Positions 10,769 to 19,791 of a DNA stretch of 64,000 bases are shown here, one piece after another; the stretch's first letter is position 1; each line of letters opens with the position of its first letter. Source of the stretch: an uncultured Gemmatimonadales bacterium (GTDB lineage Bacteria > Gemmatimonadota > Gemmatimonadetes > Longimicrobiales > Gaopeijiaceae); contig CAWELD010000003.1 of assembly GCA_963809895.1 (NCBI GenBank), positions 2,912,001-2,976,000 of the forward strand, read 5' to 3'. The position numbers and the translations under genes were made by a program. The notes under the pieces are model-generated. The model was not told the origin of the DNA and searched no databases. It saw only the letters and a program-made list of their open reading frames with translations.

Positions 10769-11641
10769 ATGCCCTTCGATGCCGACGACCTCATCGACCT
10801 GCTCGACCTGGAGCCCATCGAGCACAACATCTACCGGGGCAAGAACCGCGACATCGGCACCGATCGGGTCTACGGTGGCCAGGTCCTGGCCCAGGCGCTG
10901 GTGGCCGCCCAGCGCACGGTGGGCGAGGACCGGCCGGTGCATTCCATGCACGGCTACTTCATCCTGCCCGGCGACCTGTCCGTGCCCGTGGTCTACTTCG
11001 TGGACCGGCTGCGCGACGGCGGATCCTTCACCACCCGGCGGGTGACGGCCATCCAGCACGGACGCGCCATCTTCAACCTGTCGGCATCGTTCCACCGCCA
11101 CGAGGAGGGCCTGGAGCACCAGACCGAGATGCCCGACGTGCCTCCGCCCGAAGAGCTCCCCTCGGAGCTGGACCTCATCCGGGCCGGCGCGGACCGCATC
11201 CCCGAGGAGCTCCGCGACGTGCTCACCCAGGAACGTCCGCTGGACATCCGCGTCGTGGGCGGCGAGAGCCCCTTCGACACCTCGCCTCGGGAGCCCCGGC
11301 GCCGGCTCTGGGTGCGGGCCCGAGGCAGGCTGGGCAATCAGGAGCTGCAACACCGGGCGGTATTGTCCTACGCCTCCGACTACGGCCTCATCGTCACCGC
11401 GCTCCGCCCCCACGGCATGAGCTTCCGCGACCCCCGGGTCATGGTGGCGAGCCTGGACCACTCCATCTGGTTCCACCGCTCCTTCCGGGCCGACGAGTGG
11501 CTCCTGTACGACGTGGAAGGCCCGGTGGCCGCGGGCGGACGCGGCTTCGCACGCGGCACCTACTTCACCCGCGACGGCACGCTGGTGGCGTCGGTGGCTC
11601 AGGAGGGGCTGATGCGGCTGAGGCGGGACCGGAACGCGTAA
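10769..11641 (+). CDS. tesB: Acyl-CoA thioesterase II
   Basis: VYGGQVLAQAL, HSMHGYF, RDGGSFTTRRV, ASLDHSIWFH and SVAQEGL motifs. Confidence 0.95.
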   Translation: MPFDADDLIDLLDLEPIEHNIYRGKNRDIGTDRVYGGQVLAQALVAAQRTVGEDRPVHSMHGYFILPGDLSVPVVYFVDRLRDGGSFTTRRVTAIQHGRAIFNLSASFHRHEEGLEHQTEMPDVPPPEELPSELDLIRAGADRIPEELRDVLTQERPLDIRVVGGESPFDTSPREPRRRLWVRARGRLGNQELQHRAVLSYASDYGLIVTALRPHGMSFRDPRVMVASLDHSIWFHRSFRADEWLLYDVEGPVAAGGRGFARGTYFTRDGTLVASVAQEGLMRLRRDRNA

Positions 11642-11723
11642 CGTCGGAGGTCGGAAACTCGGCCCGACGCGCACACGTACCACAGGGTGTGACAGGCATT
11701 CACTCCAACGGAGAGTCTGCGCC

Positions 11724-12746
11724 GTGCGCTCGCGCCTTCTCACCCTCCTCGTCACCCTCCTGCTATTCGCTCTCCCCTCCCCCGCCGCCGGCCAGGGCGG
11801 GGGCCTCAAGCTCGCCATCGGTGACGTGGGTCTGGGCATCGGCGACGTGCCCCGTCTCGACGGCATCCGTCTCAATTTCCGCGACCGGCACCTGGAGCGG
11901 GTGCGCGGCATCAACGCCACCCTGTGGAACCCGTATGACGAAGCCGACGGAGTCGTGCGCGGACTGGCTCTGGGGCTGCCCCTCACCGGCGCGGCCGAGA
12001 TCTCCGGCATCGCCGTGGGCCTGGGCATCGGTGTGGACCGGGACTTCTCGGGCATCGGCCTGGCTCCGCTGGGGTTCGGGGCGGGCAAGAGGATCCAGGG
12101 CATCGCCGTCGCCGGCATGGGCATCGGCGGCGGCGGCGATCTGGACGGCATCATGATCGGCGGCGTGGGCCTGGGGGTCGGCGGCAACATCCGCGGCATC
12201 GCCATCGGGGGCGTGGGAGCCGGCGGCTCGGGCAACCTCCAGGGGATCGCGGTGGGCGGCATCGGGATCGGTCTGGGCGGAGACGTCACCGGACTCACCG
12301 TCGGCGGCGTGGGCGTGGGCGCCAAGGGAACCGTCCGGGGCATCACCCTGGGCGGCGTCGGCGTGGGCGCCGGCACCGACGTCATCGGGCTGACGCTGGC
12401 CGGCATGGGCGTGGGCGCCGGTGGTGAGCTCAGTGGAGTGACGTTGGCCGGCATGGGGATCGGCGCTCCCGAGATCAGCGGCGTCGCCATCGCCGGGTTC
12501 GGAATCGGGGGCATCGACCTGAGCGGACTGATGATCGCGCCGGCCTTCCTGAAGGTGGAGGACGGCGGCACCATCCGGGGCGTGTCCATCAGCGCGTACC
12601 ACGACATCGACGGCCGTCAGTCGGGGCTGGCCATCGGACTGCTCAACATCGCCAACGAACTGCACGGACTTCAGGTCGGGCTCATCAACATCGCCCGCAA
12701 CAAGCAGTCCTTCCGCGTGCTGCCCTTCTTCAACTACGCGCGCTGA
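11724..12746 (+). CDS. Secreted Gly-rich ~16-aa repeat (beta-solenoid) surface protein, LA_2272-like
   Basis: Signal peptide; tandem GIxxGGxGxGxGGxxx repeats; C-terminal GLQVGLINIA...LPFFN. Confidence 0.75.
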   Translation: MRSRLLTLLVTLLLFALPSPAAGQGGGLKLAIGDVGLGIGDVPRLDGIRLNFRDRHLERVRGINATLWNPYDEADGVVRGLALGLPLTGAAEISGIAVGLGIGVDRDFSGIGLAPLGFGAGKRIQGIAVAGMGIGGGGDLDGIMIGGVGLGVGGNIRGIAIGGVGAGGSGNLQGIAVGGIGIGLGGDVTGLTVGGVGVGAKGTVRGITLGGVGVGAGTDVIGLTLAGMGVGAGGELSGVTLAGMGIGAPEISGVAIAGFGIGGIDLSGLMIAPAFLKVEDGGTIRGVSISAYHDIDGRQSGLAIGLLNIANELHGLQVGLINIARNKQSFRVLPFFNYAR

Positions 12747-12758
12747 GCCGTCGGGCTG

Positions 12759-12803
12759 GGCGGCAGCCCGTGGTCGCCGGAGATCACGCCGCGGGCTGCC
12801 GCC
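12759..12803. terminator. Hairpin between convergent genes
   Basis: GGCGGCAGCCCGTGG ... CCGCGGGCTGCCGCC, ~15-bp stem with one G-U pair. Confidence 0.5.
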
Positions 12804-12812
12804 TGGCAGCGA

Positions 12813-15005
12813 TCACCCTCCCGGATGGTACTCCCGCTCGGTGTGCCCTTCGAGCTGCGGGCGGTAGTAGTAGACCGGGCGCAGGTCGCCGGTGGCGTAG
12901 CGCTCCGCCTCGTCGTTGAAGTGGGGTGAGGCGGGGTCGCCGCTCTCGCCCCCGGCGGTGATGGCGATGGCCCGTACACTGTCCCCGAACTCCACCACCG
13001 CGACGAAGCTGTTGCCGCTGGTGCCGTACCACTTCTTGGTGCCGGGATACGCCCGGGCGCCGAACGAGGCCAGCGAGCCCCAGCGCGACGAGGTGAAGCC
13101 CACGGGAATGCTGGGCGCGTCGTCGTTGAAGGGCTGCACGATGTCGCCGGTGAGGCGCTGGAAGCGGTTGATGTCGCCCCAGGGGGTGCGCCAGTCGCCG
13201 AAATCCTCGGTGAGCTTGTCCGAGGCCGCCGCCAGCGCGTCCAGGCGCTGCTGCGAGGCTGCGTCGCTCGCCGCGTACGCATACATGTCCATGCCGGCCT
13301 GGCGGGCCTCACGCCCCACGCGCTGTAGCAGGTCGGTGCCCCAGAAAACGGCCAGCGAGGTGGGCAGCGACTCCACGCCCCAGCGCAGATCCCAGTCCCG
13401 GAGCAGGGCAATCTGTTCGACCAGGCGGCCCTTCATGGGATCCGATTGGGGGAGCGCGTCCCAGTCCGCGACCAGCGCCGGCACCAGGTCCTCGAAGGCC
13501 GTCAGGTAGCTGTCGAAGGCCGCATCACGCAGCGACTCGACAGTGAAGTCGTGCTTGCCCTCCAGCACGCGCATGGCGTGGATGCCCCGGGGATTCTCAC
13601 CACCCGTCTCCACGTAGCTCGGAAAGTCGGCCTGCTTCGGGCTGTACTCTCCCGAGACCGAGAAGGGCCAGTTGTTGGTGTTCTGGATCCAGCCGTTGGG
13701 GGGATTCAGCACCCCGGGCGTCTCGTCGATGGAGAGCACGTCCCCCCACTCCGTCGCGGGGTTGCTCCCGTCCACCGGCCGCGACCAGTCGAAGCTCGTG
13801 TCGCGCCGGGGGATGAAGTTGGAGTGGAAGTAGGCGATGTTGCCGTCGGCGTCGGCGAACACGGTGTTGTTGGAGGAGTTGGTGTGGAGCTCCATGCTCT
13901 GGCGGAACTCCTGATAGTTCTGCGCCTTGGTCCGGATGTAGGACTGCTCCAGCGCCTTCAAGGGCTCCTGCATGAGGCGCACGGTGATCCACTTGCCGTC
14001 GGCGGCCCGCACCACCGGCCCGTGGTGCGTCCGGTAGACGGTGAACTCCTTTTCGGCCATCCCCGAGTCGGTGCGGTAGGGCACGGTGATGTGCTCTTCG
14101 GTGACCGGCCGCTCCTCGTCGCCGTATGCGTAGACGTAGCCGCCGTCCTTCTCGGTCACCGTCTCGGCGTACTCGTCGATGTTGTCGACCCCGCTGGAGG
14201 TGTGCATCCAGCCGGCGTGCTCGTTGAATCCCTGATAGATGAAGAACTGGCCCCAGGTCACGGCGCCGTAGGCGTCGAGTCCCTCGTTGCTGATGGCGTG
14301 CAGCTCGGAGCGGAAGAAGAAGGAGGTGTGGGGATTGATGAGCAGGAGTGCGTGCCCGTCGGTGGTGTTGGCCGGCGCGATGGCGAAGCCGTTGGAGCCC
14401 GAGGGCTCGCGGAAGCGCGCATCGTCCGCCGCCGACATCTCATCCCCCTGGCTCGCATCGGCATCCCCGTAGAACTCCTCCAGGCCCCGGAGCGACACCC
14501 GCTCGATGTCGCCGCCGATGCTTCCTTCGCTGAAGGTGAGCGCCATCCACGGCTCGAAGTGCGTGATGACCTTGGGCGTGACCTGGGGATTCTCGTGCAG
14601 GTAGTAGTTGAGCCCGTCGGCCCACGCGTCCATGAGAGCCTTGAGCCAGTCCGGGCTGCGGGCGTACATGGCCCGCATCGAGTCGGGATCGATGAAGAGC
14701 TTCATGCGGAGATCGCGGTAGATCTCGCCCTCGCCCTCGGCCTCGGCCAGCCGCCCCATGGCGTTCAGATAGTTCACCTCTACCCGGTTGAAATCGTCTT
14801 CGGCCTGGGCGTAGATGACGCCGAAGACCGCATCGGCGTCGGTGTCGCCGTAGACGTGGGCGATGCCCCAGTCGTCGCGGACGATGGTGACGTTCTGGGC
14901 GCGCTGCTCCCAGCGCTGGACATCGGCGTTGGAGCTGTTGTCAGGAGCGTCCTGGGGCGCGCACGCGGCGGCCGCGACGGCGAGGACGAGCAGGAGCTTC
15001 TTCAT
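12813..15005 (-). CDS. Penicillin acylase family Ntn-hydrolase (glutaryl-7-ACA/AHL acylase-like), lipoprotein
   Basis: Lipobox AAAC; RDDWGIAHVYG, YAQAED, autocleavage G-SNGFAI, LLINPH and GWMHTS motifs. Confidence 0.92.
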   Translation of the reverse strand: MKKLLLVLAVAAAACAPQDAPDNSSNADVQRWEQRAQNVTIVRDDWGIAHVYGDTDADAVFGVIYAQAEDDFNRVEVNYLNAMGRLAEAEGEGEIYRDLRMKLFIDPDSMRAMYARSPDWLKALMDAWADGLNYYLHENPQVTPKVITHFEPWMALTFSEGSIGGDIERVSLRGLEEFYGDADASQGDEMSAADDARFREPSGSNGFAIAPANTTDGHALLLINPHTSFFFRSELHAISNEGLDAYGAVTWGQFFIYQGFNEHAGWMHTSSGVDNIDEYAETVTEKDGGYVYAYGDEERPVTEEHITVPYRTDSGMAEKEFTVYRTHHGPVVRAADGKWITVRLMQEPLKALEQSYIRTKAQNYQEFRQSMELHTNSSNNTVFADADGNIAYFHSNFIPRRDTSFDWSRPVDGSNPATEWGDVLSIDETPGVLNPPNGWIQNTNNWPFSVSGEYSPKQADFPSYVETGGENPRGIHAMRVLEGKHDFTVESLRDAAFDSYLTAFEDLVPALVADWDALPQSDPMKGRLVEQIALLRDWDLRWGVESLPTSLAVFWGTDLLQRVGREARQAGMDMYAYAASDAASQQRLDALAAASDKLTEDFGDWRTPWGDINRFQRLTGDIVQPFNDDAPSIPVGFTSSRWGSLASFGARAYPGTKKWYGTSGNSFVAVVEFGDSVRAIAITAGGESGDPASPHFNDEAERYATGDLRPVYYYRPQLEGHTEREYHPGG

Positions 15006-15148
15006 GGCCGGACCTTCCCCCCGGATGGGACCGAAGTGCGGATGGAACAGGGGCGCATACTAGGCCGGCGCCGGCCCTCGGACCAGTCGGGAGAATCCCG
15101 TCGGCCGTCGGGGAGACGGGTGGCTGCCGGGAAGGTGCGCGACCTCCG

Positions 15149-15736
15149 CTACTCCTCCTGGAGCCGGCGGAAGCGCCGGTACATGCCCACGCGCCAGCGC
15201 AGGATCATGCCGAAGGCGAGGATGAAGAAGACCGCGGCGGTCTGACGGGTCGACAGCAGGTGTCCCACGTAGTCGTGGAGCGCCAGGCGCAGCGCCAGCA
15301 GGCCCAGCAGGATCAAGAGAAAGCCGTTGGAGCGCCGCATCATCACCACCTCGCCCTCCCGCTCCAACGACGAGGTGCGGATCAGCGGGTAGGCCAGCAC
15401 CAGCGCACCCAGCAGGAACGCGGTCAGCGCCCATGTCCAAGGCACCCGCATGGCGGGCATGACGAACATGGCGAAGCCCGTGCTCATCCCCAGTGGCGGG
15501 ACGATGATCTTCCTGGCCGTCACCGGTTTGCGGGTCTCCTGCACGCGCCACGCGATCACGGCCGCCCCACCCACCACGGGGGCGAGAACCGGAAGCATGC
15601 GAACGACGCCGGAGATTGCGGTCATGACAGAAGAAAGATGGGGTGGATCGGGGAAGGCGTCTACACGCGCGGCGGGCAGGCCATCCGCGAGGGGTCGAAG
15701 CGAGGTGGACGGCCCTGTGAGCTGCGAGGTGGTCAT
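15149..15736 (-). CDS. CcdC/DUF1453-family membrane protein
   Basis: KPVTARKIIVPPLGMSTG and FFILAFGMILRWR motifs; ATG overlaps the upstream gene's stop (true start may be further downstream). Confidence 0.8.
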   Translation of the reverse strand: MTTSQLTGPSTSLRPLADGLPAARVDAFPDPPHLSSVMTAISGVVRMLPVLAPVVGGAAVIAWRVQETRKPVTARKIIVPPLGMSTGFAMFVMPAMRVPWTWALTAFLLGALVLAYPLIRTSSLEREGEVVMMRRSNGFLLILLGLLALRLALHDYVGHLLSTRQTAAVFFILAFGMILRWRVGMYRRFRRLQEE

Positions 15737-16665
15737 CGCAGGCTGACCCGCAGGCGAGAGGCCGCACCGGCTCCTCCCCAGGTGCGGGGAGGGGCCGGAC
15801 TGGCTTCCGAGTCCTCGGAGGTCCGGGCCTCGACGAAGGTGATGCGTCGCTGGAGGCGCGTCGCCGACCCGGGGTCGTGCGAGGGCAGGTAGACCATCGG
15901 GCGCGTGCGACCCAGCCGGCGGATACGCGCCAGGGTCAGCGCCGCGGCCCCCGCGCCTCCGCCCAACGAGGACACCCCATCTACGGTCCCCTCTCGCAGA
16001 TGGGTCTCGGTATAGGAGGTATCGCCCGCCAGGAAGACGAGGTGATCGCCCCGGTCGACGACGACCGACAGGTGGCCGCGGGTGTGTCCCGGCGTGGGCA
16101 CGAGACGGACGTCACCGGCCCGGGTCACGGGCACGCTGGCCGGGAACGGCCCCCACGGATCACCCGTGAAGCCGACGCGGCTGGGCTCGAGATCCCGAGG
16201 CCACCGGTGCGGCAGGTATCCGCGCAACCGTCCGGGTAGTCCCGTGGCGTCGCTCAGCTCCTGGGCCGACACCAATACCTCGGACGAGCCGACGTGGTGC
16301 AATCCCCCGGCGTGATCGGTGTGAAGATGGGTCATGACCGTCCAGCGTACGTCGGTCGGGCCGATCCCCAGTCGCCGCAGGGCGGGCCCCAGCTCCTGAT
16401 CGGGCCGAACCTGCTCGCGCAAACCCACCCGGAAGTAGGGGTGCCAGCGCGGAAAGTACCCCGGGCGGGCGGCCAGGGCCGTCTCGCCGGTGTCCACGAC
16501 GATGACGCCCTCGGCATGTTCGATGGCCCAGGCCAGGATGGGAAGCGGCTCGGTCCACGTCCGGTCCATGAGGGTGTTGGCGAAGCGTCCGAGGCCCTGC
16601 CCCACCCCCGAGCGCTGCCGCTCGCGCACCTGAACGGTTCCGGTCTGGATGGCATGGATCTTCAT
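15733..16665 (-). CDS. N-acyl-homoserine-lactonase-family metallo-beta-lactamase-fold hydrolase
   Basis: VVDTG, THLHTDHAGG (HxHxDH), TPGHTRGH, LAGDTSY and LPSHD motifs. Confidence 0.85.
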   Translation of the reverse strand: MKIHAIQTGTVQVRERQRSGVGQGLGRFANTLMDRTWTEPLPILAWAIEHAEGVIVVDTGETALAARPGYFPRWHPYFRVGLREQVRPDQELGPALRRLGIGPTDVRWTVMTHLHTDHAGGLHHVGSSEVLVSAQELSDATGLPGRLRGYLPHRWPRDLEPSRVGFTGDPWGPFPASVPVTRAGDVRLVPTPGHTRGHLSVVVDRGDHLVFLAGDTSYTETHLREGTVDGVSSLGGGAGAAALTLARIRRLGRTRPMVYLPSHDPGSATRLQRRITFVEARTSEDSEASPAPPRTWGGAGAASRLRVSLR

Positions 16666-17297
16666 GAGTCCTCCTTCGAGTCCGCGGCGGTTGCCAGGCC
16701 GCGCAGCATGGTGTCGACGATTCCCTGGGCCAGCTGGTCGTCCAGGGGTCCCCCTGTGACCAGGATGCGGTAGAAGAGCGGGCCGCCGAGGACGTCGAGC
16801 GCCAACTCGAAGTCGGTCCCGGGCCGGAGCTCGCCTCGGGTCACGCCCCGCTCGAGGACCGTGGCGAGTGCCGCACGGCGCTCTCTCAGGAAACCGTCGC
16901 GGACGGCCTGCGCCACCGCGTCGCTCTCGGCCATGGCGGCGATCAAGCCCGGCAGCACGCGGCCCGGGCGCCCCCGGTAGACCTCCACGGCCTGGCGCAT
17001 GAGGATCAACAGGTCCTCGGCGACCTTTCCGGTGTCCGGCACGCGGATGTCCGTGACGAAGTCCTCCACCGCCGCGGCCACCACCTCGGCAGGCGAGCGC
17101 CAGCGCCGATAGAGTGTGGTCTTGCCTACCTCCGCCCTGGCCGCGATGGCCTCCATGGTCAGGCGTCCGAAGCCTCCTTCGGCCAGCAGGTCGAGCACCG
17201 CGTCCAGGAGGGCGCGGTCGGCGCTGGTGCTTCTCGGTCGGCCCGGCCCACGGGTCCCGTCGGTCGAGTCTTCTCGGGCAATCATGTTCGGCTCCAT
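16662..17297 (-). CDS. TetR/AcrR-family transcriptional regulator
   Basis: GPGRPRS...TMEAIAARAEVGKTTLYRRW helix-turn-helix; PDTG C-terminal domain; start set at MEPNM. Confidence 0.92.
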   Translation of the reverse strand: MEPNMIAREDSTDGTRGPGRPRSTSADRALLDAVLDLLAEGGFGRLTMEAIAARAEVGKTTLYRRWRSPAEVVAAAVEDFVTDIRVPDTGKVAEDLLILMRQAVEVYRGRPGRVLPGLIAAMAESDAVAQAVRDGFLRERRAALATVLERGVTRGELRPGTDFELALDVLGGPLFYRILVTGGPLDDQLAQGIVDTMLRGLATAADSKEDS

Positions 17298-17362
17298 TAC
17301 GATACAGCTACGTTGCGTATTCAATCGTAGCAGCGTGGATTACGATACGCAAGTGTAGCGTA
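17298..17362 (-). promoter_or_regulatory. sigma70-type promoter (TTGCGT-N17-TACGAT) with two TetR-like operators TACGATAC-N6-GTAnCGTA
   Basis: -35 at 17352-17347 and -10 at 17329-17324 on the minus strand; imperfect palindromes at 17298-17319 and 17341-17362 in an AT-richer patch. Confidence 0.7.
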
Positions 17363-17510
17363 AAGGAGGACGGCCACACCTGATTCGCCGAGGATCGCGG
17401 CGCGACCGTTGTCGTTGCGTCTCCTCCGCTCGATCCAGCACGGCGTGAGGACAGCAGGGCGCCAGCCGCCTCCTCGGGTGCAGGTCGCATTGCCGCGCAA
17501 GTCTTCGCAC

Positions 17511-17534
17511 GACCGTGCAGATTCTTGCACGGTC
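17511..17534. promoter_or_regulatory. Palindromic upstream activator (enhancer-binding-protein) site
   Basis: GACCGTGCA-GATTCT-TGCACGGTC perfect inverted repeat; weaker copy GCGCA-AGTCTT-CGCAC immediately upstream; ~75 bp before a sigma-54 motif. Confidence 0.65.
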
Positions 17535-17607
17535 ATCTGGTCGTCCTGATCGCCGCCAAGACGCCCAAGACGTTGGCACGCTTGAGGTAACGAGAGCACG
17601 CCATCTG

Positions 17608-17623
17608 TGGCGTGCCCCTTGCT
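17608..17623 (+). promoter_or_regulatory. sigma-54 (-24/-12) promoter
   Basis: TGGCGTGCCCCTTGCT versus consensus TGGCACG-N4-TTGCW; exact GG-N10-GC spacing; 54 nt before the ATG at 17678. Confidence 0.7.
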
Positions 17624-17677
17624 CCTCTCCAGGCCGTGACCCCCTTGAAACGGCCACCGACTCGGAGAGCCACCCGA

Positions 17678-18316
17678 ATGCTGAGCACCCTCGCACTCCT
17701 CGCCTCGCTGACCCTCCCCGCGGGGAGCGCGACCCCACCCGATACGCTGGCGCCGCCGGTTCTGTCGCCGGCGGCCGTGCTGCAGCCTCGGGCCGCCCCC
17801 CTGACCATGGCGGCTCGGCCGGTCTCGCTCGCCTCTCAGATCACTTCGCCCCTCGCCTCCCGGCCCGACGAAGAGCCGCAGCTCATCGAGTACAGCGACG
17901 CGTACTTCACGCGACTCACCATCCACAAGTGGGCCAGCTACCTCACGGTGCCGCTCTTCGTGAGCCAGTACATCGTGGGCCAGAAGCTCATGAACGGTGA
18001 GGGCACGGACCGGCTGCGCAGCATCCACGGCGCCCTCGCCGCGGGCGTGGGCGGGCTCTTCGTGGTGAACACCATTACCGGAGGGCTCAACGCCATCGAG
18101 GCGCGCAAGGATCCCGCGGAGAAGAACCGCCGCACTCTCCACTCGGCGCTCATGCTGTTGGCCGACGCGGGCTTCGTCGCCACCGGCATGCTCGCCAAGG
18201 AGAACGAGGGCCGCGGACTCGCGAACAACAGGACCCACCGGGACGTGGCGCTGGCCTCCATGGCCACGGCCCTCCTGGGCTACGTGATCATGCTCCCCCC
18301 CTTCAGGAAGGACTGA
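17678..18316 (+). CDS. Hypothetical membrane protein with four His-led helices (putative diheme cytochrome b561-like)
   Basis: Signal-like N-terminus and Pro-rich linker, then IHKWAS, IHGALA, LHSALM and THRDVA, each starting a hydrophobic helix. Confidence 0.7.
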   Translation: MLSTLALLASLTLPAGSATPPDTLAPPVLSPAAVLQPRAAPLTMAARPVSLASQITSPLASRPDEEPQLIEYSDAYFTRLTIHKWASYLTVPLFVSQYIVGQKLMNGEGTDRLRSIHGALAAGVGGLFVVNTITGGLNAIEARKDPAEKNRRTLHSALMLLADAGFVATGMLAKENEGRGLANNRTHRDVALASMATALLGYVIMLPPFRKD

Positions 18317-18813
18317 TGCACGCCTTGCTGGACTGGATCGCGTCCGCCACGTCCTGGTGGTCCGATTTCTACGCCGACTCCGGTGCCATGGAGACGGTCG
18401 TGATGTTCCTCCACCTGGGCGGCATGGTCGCCGCAGGTGGTATCGCCTTCACCATGGACCGCGCCGTCATGCGCAGCGCCAACGGCTGGCCGCACCGGGA
18501 CAACCTGGCCCGGGAGATCCACGCGTCCCACGCCGCCGTCATCGGCGGGCTGGTCCTGGTCTTCGCCAGCGGCATCGCCCTCACGCTGTCTGATCCCCGG
18601 ATCTTCCTGACCTCCTGGATCTACTGGGCCAAGATGGTCTCGGTGCTCCTCCTGCTCGGCAACGGGTGGTACCTGAAGCACTGGGGCGAGGTGCTGCTGG
18701 ACGACCCCGAGAGCGAGACCGCCTACCGGGGTCTGCGCCGTGCCGCGCTGCGGAGCGGGGGCCTGTGGGCGCTGGCCCTTCTGGGCGGCGTCGCCATCAC
18801 CATGTACGCATAG
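18316..18813 (+). CDS. Four-helix membrane protein, CopD/HemJ/DUF2214-like
   Basis: FLHLGG in helix 1, ASG in helix 2, YWAKM in helix 3; TGATG coupling to the upstream gene. Confidence 0.7.
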   Translation: MHALLDWIASATSWWSDFYADSGAMETVVMFLHLGGMVAAGGIAFTMDRAVMRSANGWPHRDNLAREIHASHAAVIGGLVLVFASGIALTLSDPRIFLTSWIYWAKMVSVLLLLGNGWYLKHWGEVLLDDPESETAYRGLRRAALRSGGLWALALLGGVAITMYA

Positions 18814-18824
18814 ATCGAAGTCCC

Positions 18825-19361
18825 ATGAGCGAGATGAAGCTGACCACGTTGACGACACCCGACGAGCCCGAGTGCGAGGAATGCGAGACCTGCGTCGGCA
18901 GGCGCGAGTTCTTCCGCATCGGCTTCGGCACCGCGGCGCTGGCCGCCCTCGCCGCGCTGGTCCCCAAGGGGGCCGCGGCCGCCCCGGTGCGCTGGACCCG
19001 GGCCCGATTCACCGGCGGGGCGCTCCGCTACCCCGTGCCCTCGGACGATGGCGTGACCGTCGACCGGGACAACGAAGTCATCCTGGTCCGCTATCAGGGC
19101 CTTGTCGCGGCCTTCGCCCTGTCGTGCCCGCACCAACGCTCGTTGCTCCGCTGGCGCGAGGACGACGGCATCTTCCGCTGCACGAAGCACCACTCGGAGT
19201 ACAGCCCCACCGGGGTGTACGAGAAGGGACGCGCCACCCGGAACATGGACCGCCTGGGGATCTCCCTGGACGGCAGTGAGGTGGTCGTCGACCCCACCAC
19301 CGTCTACCACAGCGACGACGACCCGCAGGGATGGGCGTCGGCCGCCGTGAAGTTGAGCTGA
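18825..19361 (+). CDS. Tat-exported Rieske [2Fe-2S] protein
   Basis: GRREFF twin-arginine signal; CPH...CTKH ligands; CxxCxxC ahead of the Tat motif. Confidence 0.88.
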   Translation: MSEMKLTTLTTPDEPECEECETCVGRREFFRIGFGTAALAALAALVPKGAAAAPVRWTRARFTGGALRYPVPSDDGVTVDRDNEVILVRYQGLVAAFALSCPHQRSLLRWREDDGIFRCTKHHSEYSPTGVYEKGRATRNMDRLGISLDGSEVVVDPTTVYHSDDDPQGWASAAVKLS

Positions 19362-19366
19362 GATCC

Positions 19367-19783
19367 ATGGAACGACGAGACTTCCTGACTCAAAGCACGC
19401 TCCTGAGCGTCGTCGCCGTGCTGGCAGGCGCCTGCAACGGAATCGGCGGCATCACCGGACCGGACCGCAATCTCGACGTCGTGGTGAACCTCGACGACTA
19501 CCCGGCCCTCGACCAGGCAGGCGGCGTAGCGCGCATCAACGGGACCTCCACCCCGGTGGCTCTGGTGAACATGGGCTCGGGGACGTTCGCCGCCTTCTCG
19601 CTGGTGTGCCCGCACCAGGGGAGCACCGTGCAGTGGACGGGCTCGGCTTTCGTGTGCCCGAACCACGGCGCGCGTTTCGCGTCCGACGGCCACTGGACCG
19701 GCGGCCAGCCCACCTCGAACCTGTACGAATACGCGGCCCAGTACGACATGGGCGCCAACACCGTGCACATCACCGGTGCGTGA
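19367..19783 (+). CDS. Tat-exported Rieske [2Fe-2S] lipoprotein
   Basis: ERRDFL Tat motif, LAGAC lipobox, CPHQG...CPNHGARF. Confidence 0.9.
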   Translation: MERRDFLTQSTLLSVVAVLAGACNGIGGITGPDRNLDVVVNLDDYPALDQAGGVARINGTSTPVALVNMGSGTFAAFSLVCPHQGSTVQWTGSAFVCPNHGARFASDGHWTGGQPTSNLYEYAAQYDMGANTVHITGA

Positions 19784-19791
19784 GCTCCAGG

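Noticed and set aside
17573..17590. Second sigma-54 site at TTGGCACGCTTGAGG
   Set aside because: Good -24 half but no GC at -12; the site at 17608 fits both halves.
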